Shown: piece by piece, positions 1-9,867 of the stretch
How positions within the stretch are numbered: position 1 is the first letter of the stretch
How the letters are laid out: every line of letters begins with the position of its first letter
DNA from: a virus
Lineage: Duplodnaviria; Caudoviricetes
Virus record (IMG/VR): IMGVR_UViG_3300010309_000056
Location: 1-47,569 of that record
Length of the DNA: 47,569 nt
Reading direction: 5' to 3' (one strand)
The notes under the pieces: generated by a model
The model's database searches: none
What the model saw: the letters and a program-made list of their open reading frames with translations, nothing else
What the model was told of the DNA's origin: nothing
Program-made: the position numbers and the translations under genes

Positions 1-566
1 CTCTGCTTAGCGGACTTGCGACTTTGTAGTATAATGAAGTCCACCGAGACCGGTCTGTCTTCTGTGAACAAGTGACTGACACGTGGGCCCAGTTCCGCAT
101 TAGGGGTACACATAGAAGTTCCCCATACGCTTGCGTGATACTTTTCATTGACCCACCAATAATGTCCAGACTGTAATTCCCAATCACATATACAGTCACA
201 TGGTACCACACCAAGAACATCAATATAAATATAATGGTTTACATGATTCCATAACGACTGTAAATAAGAAGGATATAGAAAATCATCCCCATCAATCTGA
301 GAAACATACTCGCAATCACTTTCTAAGAACACGTCGAGACATGCGTTCTTACCTTTGCCAGGCTTTCCATTACTCTCTGTGTTTACTACACGAAACGGTT
401 GATCTATTTGTAGAACTTGTTCATAATAACCTTCACGATTACTATTCACTACTATCACAACTTCCCATTCTACTGGAGTTATTTTAATAACTTGTTGTAC
501 TGAACGTATCAGTCTCTCTAACTTTGGAATATCATTAGAGGTCAACAAAGTGGTCATTAATTTCAT
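1..566 (-). CDS. GT2-type (GT-A fold) glycosyltransferase, runs off the window start; absent from the ORF track
   Basis: Hand translation from ATG at 566 (TAATG overlap with the upstream stop): MKLMTTLLTSNDIPKLERLIRSV..WEVVIVVNS..GKPGKGKNACL..YVSQIDGDDFLYPSYL. GT2 pattern with DGDD motif; frame is open to base 1. Confidence 0.75.
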   Translation of the reverse strand, partial: MKLMTTLLTSNDIPKLERLIRSVQQVIKITPVEWEVVIVVNSNREGYYEQVLQIDQPFRVVNTESNGKPGKGKNACLDVFLESDCEYVSQIDGDDFLYPSYLQSLWNHVNHYIYIDVLGVVPCDCICDWELQSGHYWWVNEKYHASVWGTSMCTPNAELGPRVSHLFTEDRPVSVDFIILQSRKSAKQ

Positions 567-1120
567 TATTCTGCCTCAAAGAAGAATGTTTGAAATAAAC
601 GTCCGTCAGTCTTGTCCTTTCCAAAGCCGGGCAGTACACTACGGTGATAATACTGTGAATCATATATTACCAGTCGGTTGTATACATTCTTTGCTTCAGC
701 AACTATCTCCCAATCGCTTTCATCATGAGCAAAGTTATTAAAATCAACAATCTGTTCGGGAGAGTGTTTCATAATACCCGTTGGGCCGTGACGATATATC
801 GCCGTACCTGATTCTAATGGGGCATCCGGTGTGAGATACAATACTGCTGCGTATGACATTGCGTCGTGGTGAATCCACGTTTTGTCGAGTGCGGTAGTGA
901 ACTGAAAGGAGGTGTTGTAATTATCTAACGGGAATTGGGTTATAGTCTTTCCCGTTAGTTTTTCGAATGTTGCTTTAGTCGAGTCAATATATCCACCATT
1001 ATTCGTACATGGTTTTGTTCGAAGGCCTGGGTAGTTTCCTGAGACATTGAAATCTTGACTGAGCGCAAATTCCCTGACTGCGTCTGGGTCTGCGTAAAAA
1101 TCATCTATAATTAAAAACAT
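566..1120 (-). CDS. 2OG-Fe(II) oxygenase-like protein (DUF6445-like)
   Basis: IIDDFYADPD start, HxD (IHHD), AAVLYL..SGT, distal H (YYHRS) and R-x-F-Q C-terminus. Confidence 0.75.
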   Translation of the reverse strand: MFLIIDDFYADPDAVREFALSQDFNVSGNYPGLRTKPCTNNGGYIDSTKATFEKLTGKTITQFPLDNYNTSFQFTTALDKTWIHHDAMSYAAVLYLTPDAPLESGTAIYRHGPTGIMKHSPEQIVDFNNFAHDESDWEIVAEAKNVYNRLVIYDSQYYHRSVLPGFGKDKTDGRLFQTFFFEAE

Positions 1121-1132
1121 AATTTACCTGAT

Positions 1133-1159
1133 ATAAAATATACCTCCCGAAGGAGGTAT
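1133..1159 (-). terminator. Intrinsic terminator with C(UUCG)G tetraloop
   Basis: Minus strand ATACCTCC-TTCG-GGAGGTAT then ATTTTAT, just after the collagen gene. Confidence 0.75.
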
Positions 1160-1167
1160 GTTGTTCA

Positions 1168-4100
1168 TTATAATTCGCCTAGTTTTACTCGCAATTTGTT
1201 ATTAGCGTCGTAAATCAATATTGAGGAGGATGTAAATGCGATACGTTCTCCAGTACTAGCAGTATTTAGGATACCACTAAGATCGATTAATCCGTCTCCT
1301 GCTCCAGAAGTACGAGTACCTGCGGTTATTTCCACGAAGGTAGAGTCAGTAGTTGTGTCAATACGGTTTACGGTTGCTCGCCAAATACGACCAGTTCCTA
1401 CATGCCACCAGATATCACCTATGAATACTGTGTTAACTGTTCGGAAAGAACGTATGGCAGCAGAAGCTGTAGCATTGATATTAGCGGGAAGAGTTGTTGA
1501 GGTATTAAATAGAACCGCATTACCAAATCCACCTACTGGGCCTTGAGAACCAGTTACTCCTGAAGTACCTTGTCCACCCTGAACACCGACAGCACCTTGG
1601 GCACCTTGGTCACCCTGAGCACCAATAGCACCTTGAGGGCCTGCGTTACCTTGAGCACCCGCATTACCTTGAGCACCTACCTGACCTTGAGCACCTTGTG
1701 CGCCAGCATTACCTTGAGCACCCGCATTACCTTGAGCACCTACCTGACCTTGAGCACCTTGTGCGCCAGCATTACCTTGAGCACCTGTGAAACCTTGAGC
1801 ACCTACCTGACCTTGAGCACCTTGAGGGCCTGCGTTACCTTGAGCACCTGTGAAACCTTGAGCACCAGCAGCACCCTGTGATCCCTGCGCACCGGCATTA
1901 CCTTGAGCACCTGTGAAACCTTGGGCACCAGTCTCACCCTGAGAACCTTGTGCTCCTGCGTTACCTTGCGCGCCTTTTATTCCTTGTCCACCTTGAGGGC
2001 CTTGTCCGCCCTGCGCACCAGCATTACCTTGAGCACCAACATTACCTTGTGCGCCAGTCTCACCCTGTGATCCCTGTGCGCCAGCATTACCTTGAGCACC
2101 AACATTACCTTGTGCGCCAGTCTCACCCTGAGAACCTTGAGAACCCGCATTACCTTGAGCACCTACAATACCCTGAGAACCTTGAGGGCCTGCGCTACCT
2201 TGTGCGCCAGCATTACCTTGAGCACCAACAATACCCTGAGAACCTTGAGGGCCTGCGCTACCTTGTGCGCCAGCATTACCTTGTGCTCCTGCGTTACCTT
2301 GAGCACCAATAATACCCTGAGCACCTTGTGCGCCAGCATTACCTTGGGCACCTTTTATTCCTTGCGCACCTTGTTCGCCTTGAGCACCTTGTGTTCCTGC
2401 GTTACCTTGTGCTCCAACAATACCTTGGATACCTTGTTCGCCTTGAGCACCTTGTGTTCCTGCGTTACCTTGTGCTCCAACAATACCTTGGATACCTTGG
2501 GCACCAATAGCACCCTGCGCACCCGCATTACCTTGTGCTCCAACAATACCCTGAGAACCTGTAGCACCAGTAGTACCCTGTGCTCCTGCGTTACCTTGAG
2601 CACCAATAATACCCTGAGCACCTTGTTCACCCTGAGAACCTTGAGAACCCGCATTACCCTGTGCACCAGTAAAACCTCGAGCACCTTGAGAACCAACCGC
2701 ACCCTGTGATCCGACACTACCTTGAGCACCGGTATCGCCTTGAGGGCCAATATCACCTTGAGAACCCTGAGCACCAACAGCACCCTGAGCACCAACAGCA
2801 CCTTGCGGCCCTGCTTCACCAGTAGTACCCGTTGGCCCTTGTGGGCCAGGAGTTGTACCTGCGGGCCCTTGTGGGCCGGGTTCACCGGTATTTCCTATCG
2901 GGCCTTGTGGGCCAGGAGTTGTACCTGCGGGGCCCTGTGGCCCTGCGTCACCTTGAGTACCAATCGGGCCTTCCGCTCCTTGAGGGCCTGCGCTACCTTG
3001 GGAACCAACCTCACCTTGAGCACCAACGTCACCAACGGCACCCTGAAGACCTTGATCTCCTTGTGGGCCCTTAGAACCTTGAGCACCAACGTCTCCGACA
3101 TTACCTTGAATACCGATAGAACCTTGAGCACCAGCAGCACCTTGAACACCAACGTCTCCGACATTACCTTGAATACCGACAGAACCTTGAGCACCAATAG
3201 CACCTTGAGCACCTTGCTCACCAACGTTACCTTGGATACCAGCAGAACCCTGAGAACCTACAGCGCCTTGAGCACCTTTGTCACCAACATTACCTTGGAT
3301 ACCGACAGAACCTTGGGCACCAATAGCACCCTGCGCGCCTTGCTCACCAACGTTACCTTGAATACCAGCAGAACCCTGAACACCTACAGCACCCTGTGCT
3401 CCAACTTCACCAACGTTACCCTGAATACCGATAGAACCTTGAGCACCAGCAGCACCCTGTGCTCCAGCTTCACCAACATTACCTTGGATACCGACAGAAC
3501 CCTGAACACCTTGAATTCCTTGTGGGCCTATTTCTCCGACATTACCTTGAAGTCCTTGTTCACCAACTGAACCCTGAATACCTTGGACACCAATAGGGCC
3601 TACGTTACCTTGTAGTCCTTGAGAACCCTGCGCACCAACTGCGCCCTGTGCTCCGACTTCACCAACATTACCTTGAATACCTTGGTCACCTTGATTACCC
3701 TGCGCACCTTGTGCTCCAATTTCACCAACATTACCTTGGATGCCCTGAACTCCAGTACTACCTTGAGCGCCTTGAGCACCAATCTCTCCAACGTTACCCT
3801 GAAGACCTGTAGCACCAATTGCCCCTTGGACACCTTGGACACCGATAGGGCCTACATTACCTTGTAGTCCTTGAGAACCTTGAGCACCCTGAGCACCCTG
3901 TGCTCCAATCTCTCCAACATTACCCTGAAGTCCCTGAGCACCCTGAGCACCTTGTTCACCCTGTGCTCCAATTTCTCCGACGTTACCTTGGATACCTTGG
4001 TCACCTTGAGGGCCTTGTTCTCCTTGGTTACCGCGTTCACCGACATTACCTTGGATACCTTGGACACCAGTGATACCACGAACACCCTGAGGCCCAATCT

Positions 4101-4602
4101 CTCCGACATTACCCTGAGAACCTTGGGTACCAATTGCCCCTTGGACACCTTGGACACCAATAGGGCCCTGCGGCCCGATGATTCCTTGAGCACCCTGAGA
4201 ACCAATTTCCCCCTGACCACCTTGAGGGCCCTGTGGCCCCGTATCACCAATCTGAGTGTTCTCGATAGTGTAGTTAATTAAATCAATCTCATACTGTAAA
4301 TTGATGGTATTTGAGTTTAATGTCGTGAGAATAGTATCATGTTGCGTGACGCGTGAATCCAGAAAACTAATATTGTTCTGGTTGTCAAGAACAGTTTGAA
4401 CATTCAATCCATTTAGGTAAGTGCCAACTGAACTATCAATGTAATTAGAAATAAATTCTGGGGTAATAGTACCCGCTGCGCTCATATCAACAAGCGAGAA
4501 CATCTCTTGAAAGTTCGCATTGATTTTAGCAGAGGCGTCTCTTAGAGTATCACCTTTCCCGTCATTAACCGAGGTGCCTGTATTAATAATTTGCCGAGTC
4601 AT
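1168..4602 (-). CDS. Collagen-like baseplate/fibre protein with T4 gp9/gp10-type N-terminal motif
   Basis: N-terminus [31 protein letters not shown] matches the gp9/gp10 attachment motif; Gly-X-Y from residue 119 for about 911 aa; small C-terminal domain. Confidence 0.85.
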   Translation of the reverse strand: MTRQIINTGTSVNDGKGDTLRDASAKINANFQEMFSLVDMSAAGTITPEFISNYIDSSVGTYLNGLNVQTVLDNQNNISFLDSRVTQHDTILTTLNSNTINLQYEIDLINYTIENTQIGDTGPQGPQGGQGEIGSQGAQGIIGPQGPIGVQGVQGAIGTQGSQGNVGEIGPQGVRGITGVQGIQGNVGERGNQGEQGPQGDQGIQGNVGEIGAQGEQGAQGAQGLQGNVGEIGAQGAQGAQGSQGLQGNVGPIGVQGVQGAIGATGLQGNVGEIGAQGAQGSTGVQGIQGNVGEIGAQGAQGNQGDQGIQGNVGEVGAQGAVGAQGSQGLQGNVGPIGVQGIQGSVGEQGLQGNVGEIGPQGIQGVQGSVGIQGNVGEAGAQGAAGAQGSIGIQGNVGEVGAQGAVGVQGSAGIQGNVGEQGAQGAIGAQGSVGIQGNVGDKGAQGAVGSQGSAGIQGNVGEQGAQGAIGAQGSVGIQGNVGDVGVQGAAGAQGSIGIQGNVGDVGAQGSKGPQGDQGLQGAVGDVGAQGEVGSQGSAGPQGAEGPIGTQGDAGPQGPAGTTPGPQGPIGNTGEPGPQGPAGTTPGPQGPTGTTGEAGPQGAVGAQGAVGAQGSQGDIGPQGDTGAQGSVGSQGAVGSQGARGFTGAQGNAGSQGSQGEQGAQGIIGAQGNAGAQGTTGATGSQGIVGAQGNAGAQGAIGAQGIQGIVGAQGNAGTQGAQGEQGIQGIVGAQGNAGTQGAQGEQGAQGIKGAQGNAGAQGAQGIIGAQGNAGAQGNAGAQGSAGPQGSQGIVGAQGNAGAQGSAGPQGSQGIVGAQGNAGSQGSQGETGAQGNVGAQGNAGAQGSQGETGAQGNVGAQGNAGAQGGQGPQGGQGIKGAQGNAGAQGSQGETGAQGFTGAQGNAGAQGSQGAAGAQGFTGAQGNAGPQGAQGQVGAQGFTGAQGNAGAQGAQGQVGAQGNAGAQGNAGAQGAQGQVGAQGNAGAQGNAGPQGAIGAQGDQGAQGAVGVQGGQGTSGVTGSQGPVGGFGNAVLFNTSTTLPANINATASAAIRSFRTVNTVFIGDIWWHVGTGRIWRATVNRIDTTTDSTFVEITAGTRTSGAGDGLIDLSGILNTASTGERIAFTSSSILIYDANNKLRVKLGEL
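1516..4248 (-). repeat. Gly-X-Y coding repeat, about 303 triplets with a 63-nt (7-triplet) super-period
   Basis: Recurring accttgagc-like 9-mers; units [21 protein letters not shown] and [21 protein letters not shown]; two GTTP interruptions. Confidence 0.95.
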
Positions 4603-4623
4603 TGTGCTCTATTTCCTTTTTTA

Positions 4624-5595
4624 TTATCCACCGCCTTCACCCGCATCCATAGTTTCGTAGGTCTGTGACGCATCCAATCCACCATCGTCTAGTGTAGGTG
4701 GTTTAACACCAACCCACTCTGCGACACTATCGTTGAAGTCGTCTACAATCTGTTGAAGAGTTATACCGTCATATTTCTCTAGAGTTTCTAAAGAACTTAT
4801 AAGTATACCTTCTCCGGCGTCTTTCTGTGCTTGAGTTCTCGCATCTACTGGGTCATTCTCTTCCATAACAAGTAAAGAGTATGTGGGTCGTAGGTCTACG
4901 TCTATGGGTGTTGTCTGTATTTCAATAGCATAACTAGGTATTTCTAGTGGGTCTGTTGTATCCCCCGCTTTCAAATAAACTTGTGCTTCACTTAATGTCT
5001 GTACTTCCGCAGAAAGGTACCATCCAGCGGGGTGTACCATTTTCTTATAAAAACTTTGATAATCGTCTAATGACATACCTGTTTTCAAAAGAATTGAGAA
5101 TATCTGATATTTTCTATCGTCCTGAATATACTTCAGAGACTTAGGCCCTATTAAAGAGTTGCCCGGTCTGTCATTTAAAATGAATATGTTATTCTTAGGG
5201 TACACGACCTCAACATCCTCGTCAAAGAATGCTTTAAAGAATTCATTCACCGATAACACAGTACCTTTAGCGCGATAGAAGTCTGCCAGTAATCGAGTCA
5301 TCAACCTAGCGTCTTGCTGTGGATGAAATGATTCTCTTGTCAACCCATCACTTATCTCTGATATTAAAGTATCTAGGTCTATTAGGTTAACGTGCGATAT
5401 ATCACGAGCATTAAACAAATCATAAATCTGTTCACTGAATGTTGCTAATCCCTGTTCTTCCTGATACTCATAGTACTTCTCAAGAAATTCTACTAATCTT
5501 GGATATTCGCTTTGATAGAATTCAGGAAGTACACCCTTTACTATGGGAGCGTGGAAACTCGGTCGATAAATTTCCTTTCCAATAATTTGTGCCAT
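4624..5595 (-). CDS. gp7: Baseplate wedge protein, short gp7-like
   Basis: LPEFYQSEYPRLVEFLEKYY, FYRAKGT..FFKAFFDEDVEVVYP and VHPAG motifs; immediately downstream of gp6. Confidence 0.6.
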   Translation of the reverse strand: MAQIIGKEIYRPSFHAPIVKGVLPEFYQSEYPRLVEFLEKYYEYQEEQGLATFSEQIYDLFNARDISHVNLIDLDTLISEISDGLTRESFHPQQDARLMTRLLADFYRAKGTVLSVNEFFKAFFDEDVEVVYPKNNIFILNDRPGNSLIGPKSLKYIQDDRKYQIFSILLKTGMSLDDYQSFYKKMVHPAGWYLSAEVQTLSEAQVYLKAGDTTDPLEIPSYAIEIQTTPIDVDLRPTYSLLVMEENDPVDARTQAQKDAGEGILISSLETLEKYDGITLQQIVDDFNDSVAEWVGVKPPTLDDGGLDASQTYETMDAGEGGG

Positions 5596-7454
5596 TATAG
5601 AGAGACCCTAGTTGTACCATCATCTAATACAGCCTCTGTAGTTGATAATGATTTGTCTAGTGATATCACATAGTTACGTAAAGGTTTTACTGTACTCTGG
5701 TTAGCAGGTGTAGCACTTACTTTAATAGAACCGCCAACATAAGAATCTTTATCGATTGACAACGCAATCAGGGATACCTTACCTTTAGCTGGGTCATACG
5801 TACCGATGTTATCTATTTTAACTATATTATTCAGATCAACTAACTGTAGTCGAGTAGAACCTAGTTTGTTTTTAATGCTAACATTCTGTCCCTGCCACTT
5901 AAATCCAGTAGACGTTATGATATAGTCATCATTATCTGGGTTAGCTAATATAACTGGGAAGTTTAATGTCCAGTTTCTGGTTATTTCCGAAACAAGTTGA
6001 CCTGTCGCGGATTCGATTGCCGCAATTTCTGTGGAGACTGGAATACGTTGCTGTAATTTAACATCCATTCTAGAGTTGATTATGTACTCTGATATTTTAT
6101 CAATTTCAGTCAATAAGTTAGAACGTCTAAATGTAGAGTTAAACTTCTCTAAATTAGCTGACACAAAGTCATCTACGATGACATTCACCAATGCTTGAAG
6201 AGTTTCGACAGAAGAAATGTTTTTGGTCTGGTCTACTTGGAAAACTGTGCGCAATTCGAGGTATGTGGTTTCTGGGTCAACAAACTCAGTGTCGATAGAC
6301 ATAATAGATAACTTAGAAGTTAAGTTGTCTTTAATACTACCCTTAACAGTTTCTTGAGCAAACTCACTGATACCGTCAATAAAATTAAGACTTACAAATA
6401 CCTTACCGTACTGTGGAGGTTCGTTATCGTTACCACCCCAACAGAAAACATCCTTGATAAAAGGTGAAAATTTCTGGGATATTAATGTACTATAGTCATT
6501 CGCAGTAACCAATCTTTGCTGTGAAGTAAACCCACGAGGTGCGTTCAACTTAATTGACGAAGTAGTTTCTCTTGCAGAACCTCCATTAGCTGGAGTAATC
6601 GTGGTAACATTAACTGAGTAAAAGTTACTCAAGTAACTAATTTGTGCCGTAGAGAATACAGACGCACCATTAGGTTCCGCCCCTCGTGAGGAACGGTACT
6701 TTATTTGTATACGGTTACCCGCAATAGGACTACTGCCTAGGATTCTACCACCACCAAAATAAATCTCATAGAACCCATTGGATGACTCACGCAACATAAA
6801 GATGTGAGAATTTCTATCAATAGTAGATACTTTGTCAATATTAGTGTAATTTAAACTATCTACACCAGTCCAGTCGCTAAACACTTGGACTTCCATACTG
6901 TCTGTATCAATCGTTGCGTCTTCAATAACATATACGTTATCGTCAGAAGCGTTACCTACTAAGAAGTTCTTAGTTTTAATTTCACCTTCATAAACGGTTA
7001 TAAGTTCACTACCTGCTGCCGTCTGGAATATATACTGGTCACCTGACTTTCTAGAAGTATATTCGCTGGGCGTTTTAAATGAATATAGTATATCATCATA
7101 CTGAGCAAATAATTCTGTACCTTTCGGTAAGGATATAATATCAGGCCCGTTGGGAATAACTACTGATATTTTAACTTCAGCAGATGACGCAGTTCGAGAT
7201 TTAGGTACATACCCTAAAAGTTCCGCATGGTTAACCACCGAAGTACGAAGTTGTGCCGTAGTGATGAATGACTCATTGATAGCCATATTAGCAATCAGAC
7301 CATTCACATGAGTGTTATAAGCGAGAACATCTAGTATGCTAGATAGTCCAGACGCTTCAAAGTCATAATCAGTAAACTCACCACTTTGCTTGTAGTAGGT
7401 CTTCAGTTTATTTTTAATGTTTACAAAATCGAGATCCGACGTTGATATAGGCAT
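5595..7454 (-). CDS. gp6: Baseplate wedge subunit gp6
   Basis: LDFVNIKNKL..FTDYDFEASGLSSILDVLAYNTH..NESFITTAQLRTSVV..LGYVP; QQRLVTANDY. Confidence 0.95.
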   Translation of the reverse strand: MPISTSDLDFVNIKNKLKTYYKQSGEFTDYDFEASGLSSILDVLAYNTHVNGLIANMAINESFITTAQLRTSVVNHAELLGYVPKSRTASSAEVKISVVIPNGPDIISLPKGTELFAQYDDILYSFKTPSEYTSRKSGDQYIFQTAAGSELITVYEGEIKTKNFLVGNASDDNVYVIEDATIDTDSMEVQVFSDWTGVDSLNYTNIDKVSTIDRNSHIFMLRESSNGFYEIYFGGGRILGSSPIAGNRIQIKYRSSRGAEPNGASVFSTAQISYLSNFYSVNVTTITPANGGSARETTSSIKLNAPRGFTSQQRLVTANDYSTLISQKFSPFIKDVFCWGGNDNEPPQYGKVFVSLNFIDGISEFAQETVKGSIKDNLTSKLSIMSIDTEFVDPETTYLELRTVFQVDQTKNISSVETLQALVNVIVDDFVSANLEKFNSTFRRSNLLTEIDKISEYIINSRMDVKLQQRIPVSTEIAAIESATGQLVSEITRNWTLNFPVILANPDNDDYIITSTGFKWQGQNVSIKNKLGSTRLQLVDLNNIVKIDNIGTYDPAKGKVSLIALSIDKDSYVGGSIKVSATPANQSTVKPLRNYVISLDKSLSTTEAVLDDGTTRVSL

Positions 7455-7901
7455 TTAGCGTATCCTCGCAATATTCACGTTCAAACTTACCTGCTCTAAT
7501 GTACTGATAACCTGAAAGGTGATTGTTAAATCTAAAGAGTTATAATCGGGTGAAAATTTACTAACGACCCTTTGTAGTTTCGCTCGTGGTTCGTAATTAT
7601 TAATAGCGTTGCGTACCATCGATTTGATATTATCGTCGTCAAACTCATCACCTAACTCAAATAACATACCTTCCAAGTTCGCTCCAAATGACGGAGCAAA
7701 AGGTTTAGACCCTCTGTTACACAACAAAAGATTCTTGACAGACTGAGCCACAGAGGAGGCCTCCGTCTTCTTGTATATATCTCCAGATGGTTTCACCGTA
7801 AACGAACAATCGATATCCGAGTTTTTCTTTTGAATAGAACTCGTGATTGGTCGAGTGGTAAGATTGCCATCTTCTATTGATGTGAGTTTTTTAACTGACA
7901 T
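7455..7901 (-). CDS. gp25: Baseplate wedge subunit gp25 (start moved to MSVKK)
   Basis: SVKNLLL..KPFAPSFGANL..LFE..INNYEPR; a late promoter lies inside the longer ORF-track start. Confidence 0.9.
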   Translation of the reverse strand: MSVKKLTSIEDGNLTTRPITSSIQKKNSDIDCSFTVKPSGDIYKKTEASSVAQSVKNLLLCNRGSKPFAPSFGANLEGMLFELGDEFDDDNIKSMVRNAINNYEPRAKLQRVVSKFSPDYNSLDLTITFQVISTLEQVSLNVNIARIR

Positions 7902-7923
7902 GGGCTTCCAACTCTTTTTGTAG

Positions 7924-7931
7924 TATTTATA
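7924..7931 (-). promoter_or_regulatory. T4-type late promoter TATAAATA
   Basis: tatttata on the plus strand, about 22 nt upstream of gp25. Confidence 0.8.
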
Positions 7932-7938
7932 CAGTTTG

Positions 7939-9255
7939 CTAAGGCGCAACAATCTCAATCTTGGTAGGAATGCCGAGTAATTCCAAAACATCACAAAAAC
8001 TTAGCGTTAATAGTTCTAACAACTTACCGAGTCCGATGGCATCAAGGAATTTTTTAATCTTTTTTATCCATATACTCAATAAATGCCATTGCCAGTTAAG
8101 CGCAAAGTCGCGAGCACCTTTCTTGAAGTTATCAATATCTTGCTCTGCGGATTTAACTTTTCCTTCCATGTCACCGCCTATGATATCATCATATACGTTG
8201 AAACCAAGAATTTCTATTTCTTTCAATTGGTCAGCAATCATCGCATAACCCTTACCTTGAAGTTTAGCCTTCTCAGCATCTAGGTCGGGTTCCGACATGC
8301 CTTCGAAGAATCCTTCAACTCGTTCTATTTGTTGATTGACTTCGGCAATCTTATCTTTAACTTCATCCTCTATCTGTTTGATAGTAGAATCTATCCATTC
8401 ATTGATATCAAAGTTCAATAGGTCTGGGAGTGAAGGTAATCCTAATGCGTCCCAAATCTCTTTAAATTTTTTGATGAGTTTGTTAAACAGATCCCACACC
8501 AGATTGGTAACCGCATTCATCATTTCAGACTTGATATATTGCCAAGTGATTTTCGCTTTCCACTCGCGGCACTTTACACCGTACGTACCATCCCATGACC
8601 GGAGAGGTTCTGGAATTAATAGATATAGTTCGTCAAGTCTTTCTTCAATCTGTAGTTTGATTCGGGCCTGTTCTTCGTCAGTGAATATTTCTAAAAGGTT
8701 TATTTCAATCCCCATTATATTCAAATTGAAGTCAACCGGTAACAGTTTAGATATTAGTTCCGCGATCTTGACTGGGATGAATAATTGATAATCTTGAATC
8801 AATTCATTGAAGGCATCGTCCGCCTCCTTTTCCCAATTTCGAATCTTCCCTTCTTTGTCCCAATACGGAGCAAGTAAATCTGATACCTGTTCAATAGTAG
8901 TTTCTACTTCGGTAATAATATCTTGTAATTGATCTATAAGCTCTTGTGCTTCAGCATCAACCTCGTCGACGAATTGATCTTTAAGGTCGATTATATTTTG
9001 TCTTAATTGCGTTGGGATGTTAGATAACTTATTAAACTCTTTGACAATGTCCGCACGAGTAGGAGGGAATCCACCCTCGCACGGTATCTCAATTCCTAAT
9101 TCTAATATGGAAAGTTGATCTACCGCTAACACGCTCAAGGTTTTTAATACATCTAACTGTCCTTTACTGACCGAAGATACTGACGCTATTGGATTAGGTG
9201 GTTTAATCTGTAATACCGGTGTATCTACTACCGGAAACTCTTCTGAATCAGCCAT
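7939..9255 (-). CDS. Hypothetical helical protein between gp5 and gp25
   Basis: 438-aa ORF in the baseplate operon; no family recognised. Confidence 0.75.
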   Translation of the reverse strand: MADSEEFPVVDTPVLQIKPPNPIASVSSVSKGQLDVLKTLSVLAVDQLSILELGIEIPCEGGFPPTRADIVKEFNKLSNIPTQLRQNIIDLKDQFVDEVDAEAQELIDQLQDIITEVETTIEQVSDLLAPYWDKEGKIRNWEKEADDAFNELIQDYQLFIPVKIAELISKLLPVDFNLNIMGIEINLLEIFTDEEQARIKLQIEERLDELYLLIPEPLRSWDGTYGVKCREWKAKITWQYIKSEMMNAVTNLVWDLFNKLIKKFKEIWDALGLPSLPDLLNFDINEWIDSTIKQIEDEVKDKIAEVNQQIERVEGFFEGMSEPDLDAEKAKLQGKGYAMIADQLKEIEILGFNVYDDIIGGDMEGKVKSAEQDIDNFKKGARDFALNWQWHLLSIWIKKIKKFLDAIGLGKLLELLTLSFCDVLELLGIPTKIEIVAP

Positions 9256-9261
9256 TAGACA

Positions 9262-9867
9262 TTATCCGCCCGAGTTTAGTGTTATAAATTCGCTACCATT
9301 AATGTTTACTGTATTAGCAGACACCGAAACCTTACCGTGACTTCCACCCACAGTTAAATTTATAGAGACTGGTTTATCCCCATTTGCGGGTACATATATG
9401 GAGATATTACCATCCTTATCCATTTCATAGTACGCACCCCCTTTATGCTTTTCTTTGATACGTTCAGCGCCAGGCGTATCATCATACTCTTTATAATGTC
9501 CGGTCTCTGTCTCGTATACCTTATTGAGAGGGTAGTTCTCCTTTGCCTTCTCGTTCGTATCCCCTGTTTTGGGTACAGTGCCAATCACCATAGGCAACTG
9601 AGAGTTCTTCCCGTCAAGGAACATACCGAACACTTGTGTACCCTTTAGGATACCTAGGTTCTGCCCTTTACCTTCGTGGATACCCGTAGTGACAGGTACA
9701 ACTATCTGGGCCCAAGGTAGGTCTTCGTCAGGAATTTCATCATATACACCGAAAACCCTAACCCTGACTCTACCCAATTTCTCTGGGTCGTCCTTTACAT
9801 TGACAACCTCACCCATAAACCATCTAGTCTGGTCGCCATAAAAATCTATTGAATTCTGCGGTATCAT
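9262..9867 (-). CDS. gp5: Baseplate hub gp5-like protein (OB-fold; no lysozyme domain)
   Basis: WFMGEVVNVKDDPEKLGRVRVR..LPWA..VFGMFLDG..QLPMVIG; YPLNKVYETETGH..EYDDTPGAERI. Confidence 0.9.
   Translation of the reverse strand: MIPQNSIDFYGDQTRWFMGEVVNVKDDPEKLGRVRVRVFGVYDEIPDEDLPWAQIVVPVTTGIHEGKGQNLGILKGTQVFGMFLDGKNSQLPMVIGTVPKTGDTNEKAKENYPLNKVYETETGHYKEYDDTPGAERIKEKHKGGAYYEMDKDGNISIYVPANGDKPVSINLTVGGSHGKVSVSANTVNINGSEFITLNSGG

Noticed and set aside
200-741. Plus-strand ORFs 200..487 and 550..741, and TATAAATA at 224-231
   Set aside because: Antisense to the GT2 and oxygenase genes, which carry recognisable motifs; the promoter match is intragenic and probably chance
1516-4248. Repeat array resembling CRISPR or a satellite
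   Set aside because: Degenerate in-frame coding repeat varying at codon level; no constant repeat plus unique spacer
1355-4281. Many alternative-frame and antisense ORFs (STL/TLR-rich, LKV-rich) over the collagen gene
   Set aside because: Shadows of the 9-nt repeat, which lacks stops in other frames; no SD or independent signal
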